64,000 bases of DNA, taken from the NCBI GenBank assembly GCA_016190755.1, contig JACPPY010000055.1, positions 7,899 through 71,898 on the forward strand, in the 5' to 3' direction. Of the stretch, positions 38,602-48,060 are shown in pieces (position 1 is the first letter of the stretch; every line of letters begins with the position of its first letter). This DNA is from Chloroflexota bacterium. Its GTDB lineage: Bacteria; Chloroflexota; Dehalococcoidia; JACPPY01. The position numbers and the translations under genes were made by a program. The notes below the pieces were generated by a model. It made no database searches, was not told the DNA's origin, and saw only the letters and a list, made by a program, of their open reading frames with translations.

Positions 38602-38631
38602 ATATATACCCCCTTAATGCATAATTCCCCA

Positions 38632-39432
38632 TTACATACCGTCCGGCCGGGGCGCAACCAGACCCAGCTTTATCGCCAGGTCGGCTACTCCCTCCCTAAG
38701 GCTTGAACGGTCGGACAACTTGGTCAACGGCTCCCCTTTCTCCTCTACCCCAGCAAGTTCATTATCCACCGGCAGCACTGCAAGAACCTCCAGCCCTGTC
38801 TCGGCGGCTTGACGTTCAATAGCTGGAGGAATCTTACCCGGCACCCTGTTGATCACCAGACCCATTCTGCGGACGTCCGACTTCAATTCAGCTACAAGGT
38901 TTTTTATTCTGGCGGCGGTCACAAGCCCGCGCACAGACGCGTCAGATACTATGAGAAGAACATCAACGTCCCTGGTCGTCTGCCGGCTCAGGTGTTCCAA
39001 TCCGGCCTCATTATCTATGACCACGTAGTCATAGTTAGTTTCCATCTGGTCTATAACCGCGCGAAGCACATTGTTCGCCGCACAATAGCACCCCGGGCCT
39101 TCCGGGCGGCCCATGGCCAGCAGGTCCACATGCTCCGATTCCACCAGTACCTCTCTGATGCCCAACTCCAAATAGCTAGCCTTCGACATACCGGCCTGGA
39201 ACTCACCGCTCCTTACTTTCTTCGCAGCATCCTCTCGCACACCTCCAATAGTACCTTCCAGAGGCAACCCGAGGCACATATGCAGGTTCGAGCTGGGGTC
39301 AGCATCAATGGCCAGCACTGTGCCCTGCCGCGACAGGAGCTGAATTAGCAGCGCGGCAATAGTCGTCTTGCCGGTTCCCCCCTTGCCCGCAACCGCTATT
39401 GTCGTGGTCTTATGGTGTGCCACTTGATTCAT
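38632..39432 (-). CDS. cooC: CooC/AcsF-type nickel-insertion ATPase
   Basis: Deviant Walker A AVAGKGGTGKTT and the CxC motif GPGCYCAANN. Confidence 0.85.
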   Translation of the reverse strand: MNQVAHHKTTTIAVAGKGGTGKTTIAALLIQLLSRQGTVLAIDADPSSNLHMCLGLPLEGTIGGVREDAAKKVRSGEFQAGMSKASYLELGIREVLVESEHVDLLAMGRPEGPGCYCAANNVLRAVIDQMETNYDYVVIDNEAGLEHLSRQTTRDVDVLLIVSDASVRGLVTAARIKNLVAELKSDVRRMGLVINRVPGKIPPAIERQAAETGLEVLAVLPVDNELAGVEEKGEPLTKLSDRSSLREGVADLAIKLGLVAPRPDGM

Positions 39433-41377
39433 GCCGGTCTCCCAGCAGCGCAGCTACAGATGGGAACCGGTTCATCTCCGTGTGAGGCAAGAACATCGCT
39501 GCGGTGAACTCGTCCATGAAAGATGCATCGGCAACGAGTTCGAAATAGGTCATTTTCCCAACAACTTCCTCCACCTGCGCCCTAGCATGCTTGGACATGA
39601 GTATATTGTACGCGCCTGACAAAGAGGTGTTTCCCAGGAACTTGAACCTATCCCAGGGCAGGTCCGGCAGCAATCCGATCTGAATGGCTTTCTCGACGTT
39701 GATGTGCTGACCGAAACTGCCGCCGATGAGCACTTCTTCGACATTTTCCAACGGCACACCTACGTTCCGTGCCATAACAGCGATGCCGGCATATATGGCG
39801 GCCTTCGTGCGTATCAGGTTATTTATGTCCACTTCGGTCAGGACTATATCTTCTCCGATGCTGGTTTCTCCAGCCCACGCCAGGACATATTCCACTCCGT
39901 GGTCACCAACACGCGCCCGTGACTTCCCATTTCTTGCCTTTTCCTGAAGGCGTGCGACGTTCATGCGACCTGACCGGTCCACAACCCCTGTAAGCAGCAT
40001 CTCCGCCAGCGCCGAGATCAGTCCTGACCCGCAGATGCCTACCGGCTCTGCATCACCGATCACTCTTATTGTCGGCTCAAGCGTGGATGTGTTGATAGTT
40101 ACGTCTTCTATCGCACCCTTAGCCGCCCTCACGCCAAATCTCATGCCAGCGCCTTCAAACGCCGGCCCGGCGCTGCAGGCACATGTAGTCATCCAGTCAG
40201 CCCCACCCATCACGATCTCTCCATTGGTGCCCACATCCAGAAACAGCGTCAGCTTATCCGACCGGAAGATGCAAGAGCTGATAGCGCCAGCACTTATGTC
40301 ACCCCCAACGTAGGCAGCGACCGCCGGAACGGTGTACACAGAGGCATATGGGTTGATCTTGATACCTAACTCAGCAGCCGTATATACCGGGAAGAATATG
40401 GCCCCCGGCACGTATGGCTCTTCGCGTATCGTCCTTGCCGGCATACCAAGAAAGAAGTGGGCCATGGTAGTGTTGCCAGCCACCACCATGCTTTGTATTT
40501 CCCTGGCATCGATCTTACTTCCAACCGCGAGTTCTGCGACCAGGTCGTTTATGGCGCTCAGAACAAGTTGCCGCAACTCATCCAGCCCGCCGTCGCGCTG
40601 GCTGTATATTATGCGCGATATGACATCTTCCCCACGTGGCACCTGCCTGTTCAACATAGAGGCACGCCCTGCAGACCGTCCGGAGATCAGGTCAACAAGG
40701 TCCACCCAGACATTGGTCGTGCCGATATCAATCGCCGCTCCCCAGAGCTGCCCCTTTTTCTCCCCTGCCTGCACATCTATCAGGCGAGGGACACCCCCCT
40801 TGTCATGAGTGTCGAGTGTTATGGTGACTTTCCAATCGGCTTCCCGAAGTGTGCGAGAAAGAGTCCGCATGATCGGCAAGACGACATCTACATCCTTGAT
40901 GCCCTGGGTATTCGCCAAGGCTCTCTTCAGCCGTTCGAGATCGCCTGCGTTATCCTCAAGGCTGGGCCTGGGGAGTTCAAGGTATACTCTGCGGACAGCC
41001 GGCAGTCTGGGGAATTCGCAACGTACGGCTGCTGCTTTACGGGTAGCGGCCGTCTGCACGACAATCTTCTCTCGCTCCTTGGGGAGAGGTACAGTTACCA
41101 CAAGCTCGCCGACGACCTGGGTGATACACGAAAGAATCCAACCCTCGTCAACCTGCTTGGCAGTCAGGTGAGGGTTCTGAGGCCGGAACACGTTGCCACT
41201 CTCAACCCTGACCAGGCACCGGCCACACCGCCCTTGGCCTCCGCACGGCGTATCGAGCGGAACGCCGGCCTGGACTGCCGCATCCAGGACCAGCGTTCCA
41301 GGCGCGACCAGTGCACTTTTCCCGGAGGGTTGGAATACTACCTTGATCTTATTCGGTTTGTCGCTCAGGGTTTCCAC
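39410..41377 (-). CDS. Corrinoid activation/regeneration protein (RACo/AcsV-like; 2Fe-2S ferredoxin + ASKHA ATPase)
   Basis: N-terminal plant-type ferredoxin motif CGGQGRCGRC, then an ASKHA-fold domain (DIGTTN, DVGTNGE). Confidence 0.8.
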   Translation of the reverse strand: METLSDKPNKIKVVFQPSGKSALVAPGTLVLDAAVQAGVPLDTPCGGQGRCGRCLVRVESGNVFRPQNPHLTAKQVDEGWILSCITQVVGELVVTVPLPKEREKIVVQTAATRKAAAVRCEFPRLPAVRRVYLELPRPSLEDNAGDLERLKRALANTQGIKDVDVVLPIMRTLSRTLREADWKVTITLDTHDKGGVPRLIDVQAGEKKGQLWGAAIDIGTTNVWVDLVDLISGRSAGRASMLNRQVPRGEDVISRIIYSQRDGGLDELRQLVLSAINDLVAELAVGSKIDAREIQSMVVAGNTTMAHFFLGMPARTIREEPYVPGAIFFPVYTAAELGIKINPYASVYTVPAVAAYVGGDISAGAISSCIFRSDKLTLFLDVGTNGEIVMGGADWMTTCACSAGPAFEGAGMRFGVRAAKGAIEDVTINTSTLEPTIRVIGDAEPVGICGSGLISALAEMLLTGVVDRSGRMNVARLQEKARNGKSRARVGDHGVEYVLAWAGETSIGEDIVLTEVDINNLIRTKAAIYAGIAVMARNVGVPLENVEEVLIGGSFGQHINVEKAIQIGLLPDLPWDRFKFLGNTSLSGAYNILMSKHARAQVEEVVGKMTYFELVADASFMDEFTAAMFLPHTEMNRFPSVAALLGDRHESSGTP

Positions 41378-42723
41378 GTCTTCTTGAAGTAACCGCCGAC
41401 ATCCATGGCTTCCATCGGGCCTACCAACACTTTCCAGCCGGAAAGCTCTTCTTCCAATTCACCCCTGAGCACTGCAACCTTGCCCGGCAGAACAATCGAC
41501 TTATGGCTGATCTTGTCGGCCACATTGAATTGTTTCACTGCCTTCGCAATCCTCTCGGCATCGAACTTGCCGGCTGCCCAGGCGGTCAGCACAGACAGGC
41601 CTTCGGTATCGCATATCAAGAGCCAGGACGGAACACCGCTGGCTTCTATTTCACCAGCTACTGAGAAGTACGTCAGGGAGAAGTTGGTGGTGATGCACAA
41701 TGGGCTATCCGGCTTCGGTGCGCCAACCTCGTAAATACCTGCAGCCATCTGTATCGGTTTCTGCGGATCAGTGTAGATATTGAGGCGTAATGTGAGCAAT
41801 GGATAGGCGAGGGCAGGCGAGAAGTGCTCCAGCACAACAACGCTGCTATACTTGGATATTTGCTCTGCCGCAAGTGCTGCTTCCTCTTCTGTTGTCTTGG
41901 CCTGCACACCGGGGAAGGTCATGACCGGAAATCCCAGCGGCCTGAAGTTTTTCTTCAGCGCCAGCCTGCGTATCTCTGTCAGGGAATCAATTGAGGACTT
42001 GAAGCTATCCACACCAGGGTCAAGTATAATGTCCTCAATACCCGCCTGCGCGACCTTCTCTGAGAGGGCCACCAGGTTTTCTAGGCCTGAGCTATCACGT
42101 ACCACCAGCGGACAGGAGTGCTTCTTAGCTATATCCGCCATACCGGACCAGTTTTCTTTTGTTGCGGCATATACTACCGGCTTGCGCGCTGCAGCTTTGG
42201 CAACAGCCGCATCCATCGTCGCCGGATTGTCCGACATCAATGCAACGGCCAGACCGGACTTGGCTAGCACGGTTTCCACCGCTTCGAGGAACCTCGCCTG
42301 GTCCTTCGAGGCGTTCTCCACGGCAAAGCCATCCATGGTCAGTTTCATCCCCACGCGCTCCACCTGATAGCCGCCGACCTCATCCACGAGCTTCGCAATG
42401 TCTTCCTTGGAGGCGGTGTCTTTTATCCTGACCATTATCGCCGGCGGGTGATAGAATGTCTTTTCGTGCCGGAACATGACGGTCTCATTCCCTACCTCTA
42501 CCTTATGCGTGTCGCCGCCGAATTTCACCAACCTGATAGGGGGACGGCCCGCTGATTCGAGGGCAGCCTTGGACTGAGCTGAAAGGTCTGGGCAGGCAGT
42601 GATATCCACGACGCGGGCAGCCACTTTCATGGCGAAAGCCAGGCAGGTGGGGAAGTTGCACTTTTTGCAGTTCGTCTTGGGAAGGTATTTATATATCTCG
42701 ATTCCGGTTAGAGCCACGGTCAA
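41365..42723 (-). CDS. acsC: Corrinoid iron-sulfur protein large subunit (AcsC/CdhE)
   Basis: N-terminal 4Fe-4S motif CKKCNFPTCLAFA, followed by TIM-barrel and cobalamin-binding regions. Confidence 0.88.
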   Translation of the reverse strand: MTVALTGIEIYKYLPKTNCKKCNFPTCLAFAMKVAARVVDITACPDLSAQSKAALESAGRPPIRLVKFGGDTHKVEVGNETVMFRHEKTFYHPPAIMVRIKDTASKEDIAKLVDEVGGYQVERVGMKLTMDGFAVENASKDQARFLEAVETVLAKSGLAVALMSDNPATMDAAVAKAAARKPVVYAATKENWSGMADIAKKHSCPLVVRDSSGLENLVALSEKVAQAGIEDIILDPGVDSFKSSIDSLTEIRRLALKKNFRPLGFPVMTFPGVQAKTTEEEAALAAEQISKYSSVVVLEHFSPALAYPLLTLRLNIYTDPQKPIQMAAGIYEVGAPKPDSPLCITTNFSLTYFSVAGEIEASGVPSWLLICDTEGLSVLTAWAAGKFDAERIAKAVKQFNVADKISHKSIVLPGKVAVLRGELEEELSGWKVLVGPMEAMDVGGYFKKTWKP

Positions 42724-42761
42724 TTCCTCCTATTCTGGAAGATGACTACCAGTCTTATTTG

Positions 42762-43724
42762 CTAAAAGGACTTATCCAGTGCTGCCTTAACGGTGACCAC
42801 CGTCTTCGGGTGCCGAAGCACCAGGATATCTGCCCCGGCAGCCAACAGGCTTATTGCTGTCACATTTTCCCAGATCAGCGACCTCTCCTGATTGTCTCCC
42901 CAGGCCTGCGGCACGTCCAAGGTCGCCTTGGACTCTTTCTGGCGCCAAGACTCCTCACCTGCGGTGCAGATCATGGGCATGGAGGTCATCCCGTCTCCCA
43001 TCAGGGCAGCAAGGCGCAGTCGCTCCATGACAGAGTAGGTATATTCCAGGCCATAGCCGAGTGCACCGGTAGTTGGGTCCATCAGTATGGAGTCCGGCGA
43101 CAGGCCCACATCGGAAAGGAGAATATTCAGTTGCTTGGCCAGGTTGATCTCGATCGGTGTTTTGGCTATTGCCACATGACCATCCGCCATGCATGTCGCC
43201 GCTATGGTCTTGTAGTTTTTTTCGACGCAGTTGCCCAGGCCGACCCTCTGGCCCTTCGCCACATCCGACACAGCGACGAGCACCTCGTTGTCTTTTTCAG
43301 CGACATCAGGCCCAACAAATATGACCGGCAAATCAACTGCCGACAGGACTTCGCTCGCTGATTTCTTCGCCTGTGCGGCTCCGGTGTTGCTAGCCTCCGG
43401 ATGGGCACTTGCCAGGCGTATGTACAGCAGGTCGGCGCCGAATTCAGCTGCTTTTTTGGCCCAGGCTCCAGGGTTCTTCAGTGCATCGCCCCAGGCAGAT
43501 ACCAGGAACTCTGACCAGTCTGTCGGCTCCTTGTCCTGCACCTCTATCGCAATTGCAGGCCGATGAGGCTGCGCTCCCTCGAATTTGACGAACGGTAGCG
43601 TTGTCCCACCGCCGACAGTGATAGTCTTCCGCCCACCAGACCCTAGCTTGAGTTCTCGGATTTTCCCGGTCCACTTCTCTACGGGCGCCTCAAGTGGTGC
43701 CATGCTTACCTCCTTCCTGTACAC
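42762..43724 (-). CDS. acsD: Corrinoid iron-sulfur protein small subunit (AcsD/CdhD)
   Basis: 320-aa TIM-barrel protein between acsB and acsC. Position and size match AcsD. Confidence 0.85.
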   Translation of the reverse strand: MYRKEVSMAPLEAPVEKWTGKIRELKLGSGGRKTITVGGGTTLPFVKFEGAQPHRPAIAIEVQDKEPTDWSEFLVSAWGDALKNPGAWAKKAAEFGADLLYIRLASAHPEASNTGAAQAKKSASEVLSAVDLPVIFVGPDVAEKDNEVLVAVSDVAKGQRVGLGNCVEKNYKTIAATCMADGHVAIAKTPIEINLAKQLNILLSDVGLSPDSILMDPTTGALGYGLEYTYSVMERLRLAALMGDGMTSMPMICTAGEESWRQKESKATLDVPQAWGDNQERSLIWENVTAISLLAAGADILVLRHPKTVVTVKAALDKSF

Positions 43725-43784
43725 ATGCGCGATGACAGGCTATCGATCTAGTTGTGATCGGATAACAAGCTTGACTCACACGAT

Positions 43785-43814
43785 AGCTTCCTCAACACAA
43801 TGACAGAGGAAGCT
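43785..43814 (-). other. Intercistronic stem-loop between acsB and acsD
   Basis: AGCTTCCTC / GAGGAAGCT, a 9-bp perfect stem with a 12-nt loop and no U-tract, inside the 151-nt acsB-acsD spacer. Confidence 0.4.
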
Positions 43815-43875
43815 CATTAGTCCGACTGGTGCCGCCGCCACAAATAGGTCCGCACGCGTATCCGGTCGCGTCTAC

Positions 43876-46113
43876 CTATAATAGCGGTGGCATCTCCAGG
43901 GCCGGATGCTGCTTCTGCTGCAAGAAGGCCACCAGCTCATCCGGAGTCGTGGCCGAAGTGCCGTCGGCAATCCTGTCCAGCAAGTCCGGGACCCCGGCTG
44001 CTTCGGCAGCCGCCTTCAGCTCCTCACCCAGCTCCTCTTTCAGGTTCTTTGACAGCCAAACCAGGCGTTTGATGCCGCCTTCGGTCAAAATGAATTTCTT
44101 GCTGGTGATGTAGTATTTCCCGTGTCCCATCATCCCAGGCGTCTGCAAGCCACCGCCTACCGTCCCCATCAGGGTGGTAAAGGTCATGCCGCTCGGCGTC
44201 ATGGAGTAGTCCTCGCGCGACACGACCATGAAGCCATTGGCTTCCGGAATAAGTGCCAGAACGCACTCACAGCACCCACAGGTAGTCATAGGCGAATCCA
44301 TCACAGAATAAACCGTGAATCGGTCCACTTTCATCTGCGAATGCTCGTAAACGAACTTGTTAACGCCCTCCCACTCGCCCTTTGTCTGGTCGATGCATGG
44401 GCCCTTCTTCACCGGCTGGTTGGGGCCGGTCGGATTGATCTCGAAAGAGGCCTTGCAATCCAGCCAGCTGTACGCACCACACAGACCAACACGCTCAGGG
44501 TTGATGACACAAATGTGCGTGGGAGCAAAGGACTGGCACAGCGAGCAACTGTAGTAAGTATCGACTGCTTCATCCGTCAGGCCCGCGATGCGGTCGTTCC
44601 TTTCCTTATATATGCCGCGGGCTTTCTCGATCAGCTCTTGGACCTTCTTCGGCTCCGTATACAGCGTCACCTGAATCTTGTCCACAATGGCGCCGAACTG
44701 GTTGTGGTATACGCCATGAAGTATATCGCCTATGTGCCTCAGCCTGAATCCCTTGGCGTAAGCATTCTTGCTCAGGCGGATCCAGGTTATGTCACGTTGG
44801 CCCTGGTGCTGCAAGCCTTCTGCACCGTTCAGGAAGTGGTGCACCTGCCGCTCCAGCACAGGCTCAAAGTCTTTTTGCATCTTTCGCCCGGACACCTCGA
44901 TCACAATGCCGAGAGGGATCTTGGCACCGACCTCGAACTTGTCTATGTCTGGTCCAACGACAGTTACCTTGCCGTCTTCTACCTCTTCAGGAGGCCTGGT
45001 CGTGAGCCACTCGAAGCACATGCCGCCTTTGCCGCCGAACTCGGACTGCAAGTCAGCACGCCGGACGACCTCGCCCTCAAAGGCCGGGCCGTAGGCCACC
45101 GGTATCTTGATGGTGGCTATCTTGATCTTAATGCCACGCACCTCAATGCAGCGCTGTACCAGGCGTTCCGCACGTTCCATATCGTCCCTGCCAGGAATAT
45201 CGTCAAATGGCATGCTAACGACGTGCTCGTACTGCGTAATGCCGGTGGGCAGTATGTTGGGTACAGCCGTATCGCACACGGCAGGGAAGCCATAAGAGAT
45301 AGCACCTGCCCCGGTAGCCCATTTCACATCGTCCATCGGCCCCAGCGCGAGGGCAAAGGCAAAGCAACGGAACTTGTTGTACAACAGCACACGCCGGAAG
45401 TCACCGGGTGTCACGCCGCCGAATGAAAACGTTGCCCTGGACGCATAGCCCAGAGCATAGATCGTTGAGATAGTATCTGTCCCGAAAGGCACAGTGAACG
45501 TGTCGTAACCCAACTGGACACCGGACTCCAGCAATTGGTCCACTATTGAACGGCCGTTGGATGACGAGGAGAGAAATACGAGCTGGCCCTTGGATTGCAG
45601 TTCGCGGACTATCTTGACGGCGACTTCGTTGTTCTTGGCAGCCCCCAGGAGCGCGGCAAACCCTGGCATCCTGCCGTCGACCATCTGGATACCCCAGCCC
45701 CGCATCTGCACATCGTTTATGGGCCCGTTAAAGGTAAATCCGTTGCGCGTTTCCGGTTGTTGTCCTTTGGCGAACCGGATGCCTTCGATTATCTCTTCGG
45801 CGAACAGAGTCGCCATCCCGGCGTCGAGGGTCTCACCAAGATAAGGCAGCCACACATGCTCGCCCGGCAGAGGCGGCAACAATCCTTTTGCATGCTCCAA
45901 CGACTTTTTCAAGTCGCCAATCGTTTCTACCTTCTGTCCCGTAAACCCGTAGATAACAGGAAGCCAGTATGCGGTGCCGCCACCGCCCTTGTCCTTGAAT
46001 TGGATTTTCGCATCTGGGCCAACTGTTTTGAGGGCATCAGCATATAGTTCTTCAGCCTGCCTGACAACCTTGTGGGCGCCTCTTATGGCTGCTGTTGCAA
46101 TATATCTCGACAT
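43876..46113 (-). CDS. acsB: Acetyl-CoA synthase catalytic subunit (CO-methylating acetyl-CoA synthase, AcsB/CdhC)
   Basis: A-cluster ligand motifs CSLCQSFAPTHICVINPERVGLCG and TTCGCCEC. 745 aa, full bacterial-type N-terminal domain. Confidence 0.93.
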   Translation of the reverse strand: MSRYIATAAIRGAHKVVRQAEELYADALKTVGPDAKIQFKDKGGGGTAYWLPVIYGFTGQKVETIGDLKKSLEHAKGLLPPLPGEHVWLPYLGETLDAGMATLFAEEIIEGIRFAKGQQPETRNGFTFNGPINDVQMRGWGIQMVDGRMPGFAALLGAAKNNEVAVKIVRELQSKGQLVFLSSSSNGRSIVDQLLESGVQLGYDTFTVPFGTDTISTIYALGYASRATFSFGGVTPGDFRRVLLYNKFRCFAFALALGPMDDVKWATGAGAISYGFPAVCDTAVPNILPTGITQYEHVVSMPFDDIPGRDDMERAERLVQRCIEVRGIKIKIATIKIPVAYGPAFEGEVVRRADLQSEFGGKGGMCFEWLTTRPPEEVEDGKVTVVGPDIDKFEVGAKIPLGIVIEVSGRKMQKDFEPVLERQVHHFLNGAEGLQHQGQRDITWIRLSKNAYAKGFRLRHIGDILHGVYHNQFGAIVDKIQVTLYTEPKKVQELIEKARGIYKERNDRIAGLTDEAVDTYYSCSLCQSFAPTHICVINPERVGLCGAYSWLDCKASFEINPTGPNQPVKKGPCIDQTKGEWEGVNKFVYEHSQMKVDRFTVYSVMDSPMTTCGCCECVLALIPEANGFMVVSREDYSMTPSGMTFTTLMGTVGGGLQTPGMMGHGKYYITSKKFILTEGGIKRLVWLSKNLKEELGEELKAAAEAAGVPDLLDRIADGTSATTPDELVAFLQQKQHPALEMPPLL

Positions 46114-46199
46114 CTATTTTCCATACCTCCGGCGGGCATGATACGTTTCGTTAATTCCACTGGACCAATCTTGAGTCGGATGGCACGGTTTTCCAGGGA

Positions 46200-46700
46200 C
46201 TAGTACTTGCGGAAATCACCGGTCATCGCTGCATCCACTGGGTTCGTAGCCGACATCCGCGCAGCCTCGTAAAAACCGGGGCTCGTGACACCTGACTTCG
46301 TTGGTGCGGCATCAGCCTTGGCCAGTATCTTGCGTGCTTCAGCGGCCTTACCCTCAGCCTCATCCACCGCAACAAGGACTCCTTCAGCCCCGAGCACGAA
46401 CTCGTAGTATTCCCCCGCCTCATGGGCGAGGCCAAGCGTCCCAGCCAGTGTGCTCGCCAGCTTGCTCTCAGCACCAGAGGCCTTTGATAGAGAAGGAGCA
46501 AGGCTTCCAGCCACAACCAGGTTACCAACGCCGGAGAAGTAAACCTTGGATACTCCGTCTTTAAGAACCGACTTCACCGTCGTCTCACTCTTCGCCAGTA
46601 CTCCGATCTTGCTGGCCGGAATTCCTGCTGAAATTAGGGCCTTAACGGCGTGCTCCGCGTCCGCTGGGTTCCTGAAGAGCCTGGACACAGCTTTTGTCAT
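46200..46700 (-). CDS. Hypothetical protein, YflT/general-stress-protein-17M-like
   Basis: N-terminus FRNPADAEHAVKALISAGIPASKIGVLAK resembles the YflT domain pattern. RBS GAGGTGA. Confidence 0.45.
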   Translation of the reverse strand: MTKAVSRLFRNPADAEHAVKALISAGIPASKIGVLAKSETTVKSVLKDGVSKVYFSGVGNLVVAGSLAPSLSKASGAESKLASTLAGTLGLAHEAGEYYEFVLGAEGVLVAVDEAEGKAAEARKILAKADAAPTKSGVTSPGFYEAARMSATNPVDAAMTGDFRKY

Positions 46701-46747
46701 TTACTAGTCACCTCGCTAAGCGCTCGCTTGGCTCAAGCCAAATTGGA

Positions 46748-46776
46748 ATTGTATCACGGCCATGTCTATGCGTCAA
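46748..46776 (-). promoter_or_regulatory. Sigma-70-like promoter candidate TTGACG-17nt-TACAAT upstream of the 46700 gene / acs cluster
   Basis: Read on the minus strand: TTGACG (46776..46771), a 17-nt spacer, TACAAT (46753..46748). Confidence 0.45.
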
Positions 46777-46978
46777 ACGACACACCTGAGAAAAACTGGC
46801 CGCGGGGGCCTCTTTCTTAACCGGTCCTTAACAGTTGTCTCGTAGCATTTTGCCAGGCCCTGTGTCAACGCATATGGAGATACGAAAATACAGCCAGAAA
46901 ACGGTCAAGTCACTAACTTTTTCCGACCGGTCACGTTTTAATTTGATAGCTAAAGCTTTGCACAAGGAGGAGCAAGGA

Positions 46979-47095
46979 ATGAAACATAGAAAGCCCTACG
47001 ATACGTCAAAGGCATCGTGGCTTCAATATTTGGCAAGCGCCCTATTTGGCAGACAACTCGAATTAGTTCAAGTAAGAGTGAGGATCAGGAGATGA
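46979..47095 (+). CDS. Candidate 38-codon small ORF translationally coupled to the downstream gene
   Basis: AGGAGGAG lies 6 nt before the ATG. It encodes MKHRKPYDTSKASWLQYLASALFGRQLELVQVRVRIRR. Its TGA overlaps the next ATG (ATGA). Confidence 0.3.
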   Translation: MKHRKPYDTSKASWLQYLASALFGRQLELVQVRVRIRR

Positions 47096-48015
47096 AAAGA
47101 ATAAAGATTAGACTTCTGCTCATATCGTTGATCGCACTTGGACTGGTCGCAGCATCAGCGGTCCCTGTACTTGCGATGTCAGAGCGCAACCAGGACAATG
47201 CGACTGCAACGACAGCGAACGCGCCCGATCAGGCTGGCAAAGCTAAAGCACTTGCCCAGCGCGTTCGCCAGCACATGATCCGGGGACAGGTAGCTTCCGT
47301 CTCCGCCGATACTATTACTCTCAAAGACGGAAAGAAAATAAAGGTCACCGGCGAGACCAAATACAGAATTCCGCCTAAGAAGGACGCCTCCTTAGCCGAT
47401 GTGAAGGTCGGCTCCCACATCATTGCCCACGTGACGAAAGAAAACGATCAGGTGGCGGCAAAACTGGTCATAGTCATGCCAGAGCATCCTCAGGCTGCAA
47501 GGCATGCTGGTAAAGTGATGGCGTACACCAAAGGTTCCAGCATCACCATTCAGGGCAAAGACGGCAAGTCGACCACGTTCACCATCAACGCCGACACGAA
47601 GCTGGTCAAACCCAAAGGCATAGAGGATATTAAGGTGGGCGATGTCGTGACCATTGTCACCAAGGCGAACAGCAATGTAGCCACCGCTATATTCCTCCAC
47701 GTCGTGAGGGTCATCAGAGGAACAGTAACCGCAGTTGGGACCGATTCAATTACGGTCAAACCGGATAACGCGGATGCAGTCACAGTTCCCTTCGACGCAA
47801 ACACAATCTTCGCCATAAAGGGCTCACCAGCGCTCACTGTAGGCAAGAAGGTCGTCATAGTAGCCAAGAGAAGTGCTGACGGCGCGCTCGTAGCCCGCGT
47901 AGTCTCGTCCGGCGTAAAGCTCCCCGCGCATCTGGCGGCCAAAGCCAAGCAACTGCACGCCAAGCCGTCGATTCACAAGCTCACGCCCAAGAGCCAGGCA
48001 GGTCAACCAAAATAA
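47092..48015 (+). CDS. Secreted protein with three DUF5666-like ~65-aa repeats
   Basis: Signal peptide MKRIKIRLLLISLIALGLVAASAVPVLA. Three repeats begin IRGQVASVSADTITLKDGKK, HAGKVMAYTKGSSITIQGKDGK and IRGTVTAVGTDSITVKPDNAD. Confidence 0.75.
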   Translation: MKRIKIRLLLISLIALGLVAASAVPVLAMSERNQDNATATTANAPDQAGKAKALAQRVRQHMIRGQVASVSADTITLKDGKKIKVTGETKYRIPPKKDASLADVKVGSHIIAHVTKENDQVAAKLVIVMPEHPQAARHAGKVMAYTKGSSITIQGKDGKSTTFTINADTKLVKPKGIEDIKVGDVVTIVTKANSNVATAIFLHVVRVIRGTVTAVGTDSITVKPDNADAVTVPFDANTIFAIKGSPALTVGKKVVIVAKRSADGALVARVVSSGVKLPAHLAAKAKQLHAKPSIHKLTPKSQAGQPK

Positions 48016-48023
48016 AAATAACT

Positions 48024-48054
48024 GAGAGGGCCGCCGGCGTGCGGCGGCCCTCTC
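48024..48054. terminator. Bidirectional rho-independent terminator between convergent genes
   Basis: GAGAGGGCCGCCG / CGGCGGCCCTCTC, a 13-bp GC-rich stem with a 5-nt loop. A T-rich tract follows on the minus-strand side (TTATTTTTATTTT). Confidence 0.8.
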
Positions 48055-48060
48055 TTCACG

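Noticed and set aside
44122-45426. 434-aa ORF on the plus strand, antisense to acsB. Similar long antisense ORFs occur at 12774..13793, 40457..41392, 50856..51689 and 14489..15352.
   Set aside because: Each lies fully inside a gene with strong family motifs on the other strand. Their products are Arg/Ser/Pro/Thr/His-rich and low in complexity, have no recognisable motifs, and lack RBS support. This is the typical shadow-ORF behaviour of moderately GC-rich coding DNA.
46790-46830. GGCCGCGGGGGCC hairpin with flanking T/A runs, considered as a terminator
   Set aside because: The stem is only about 4 to 5 bp. It lies in a divergent promoter region, with no upstream gene reading into it on either strand.
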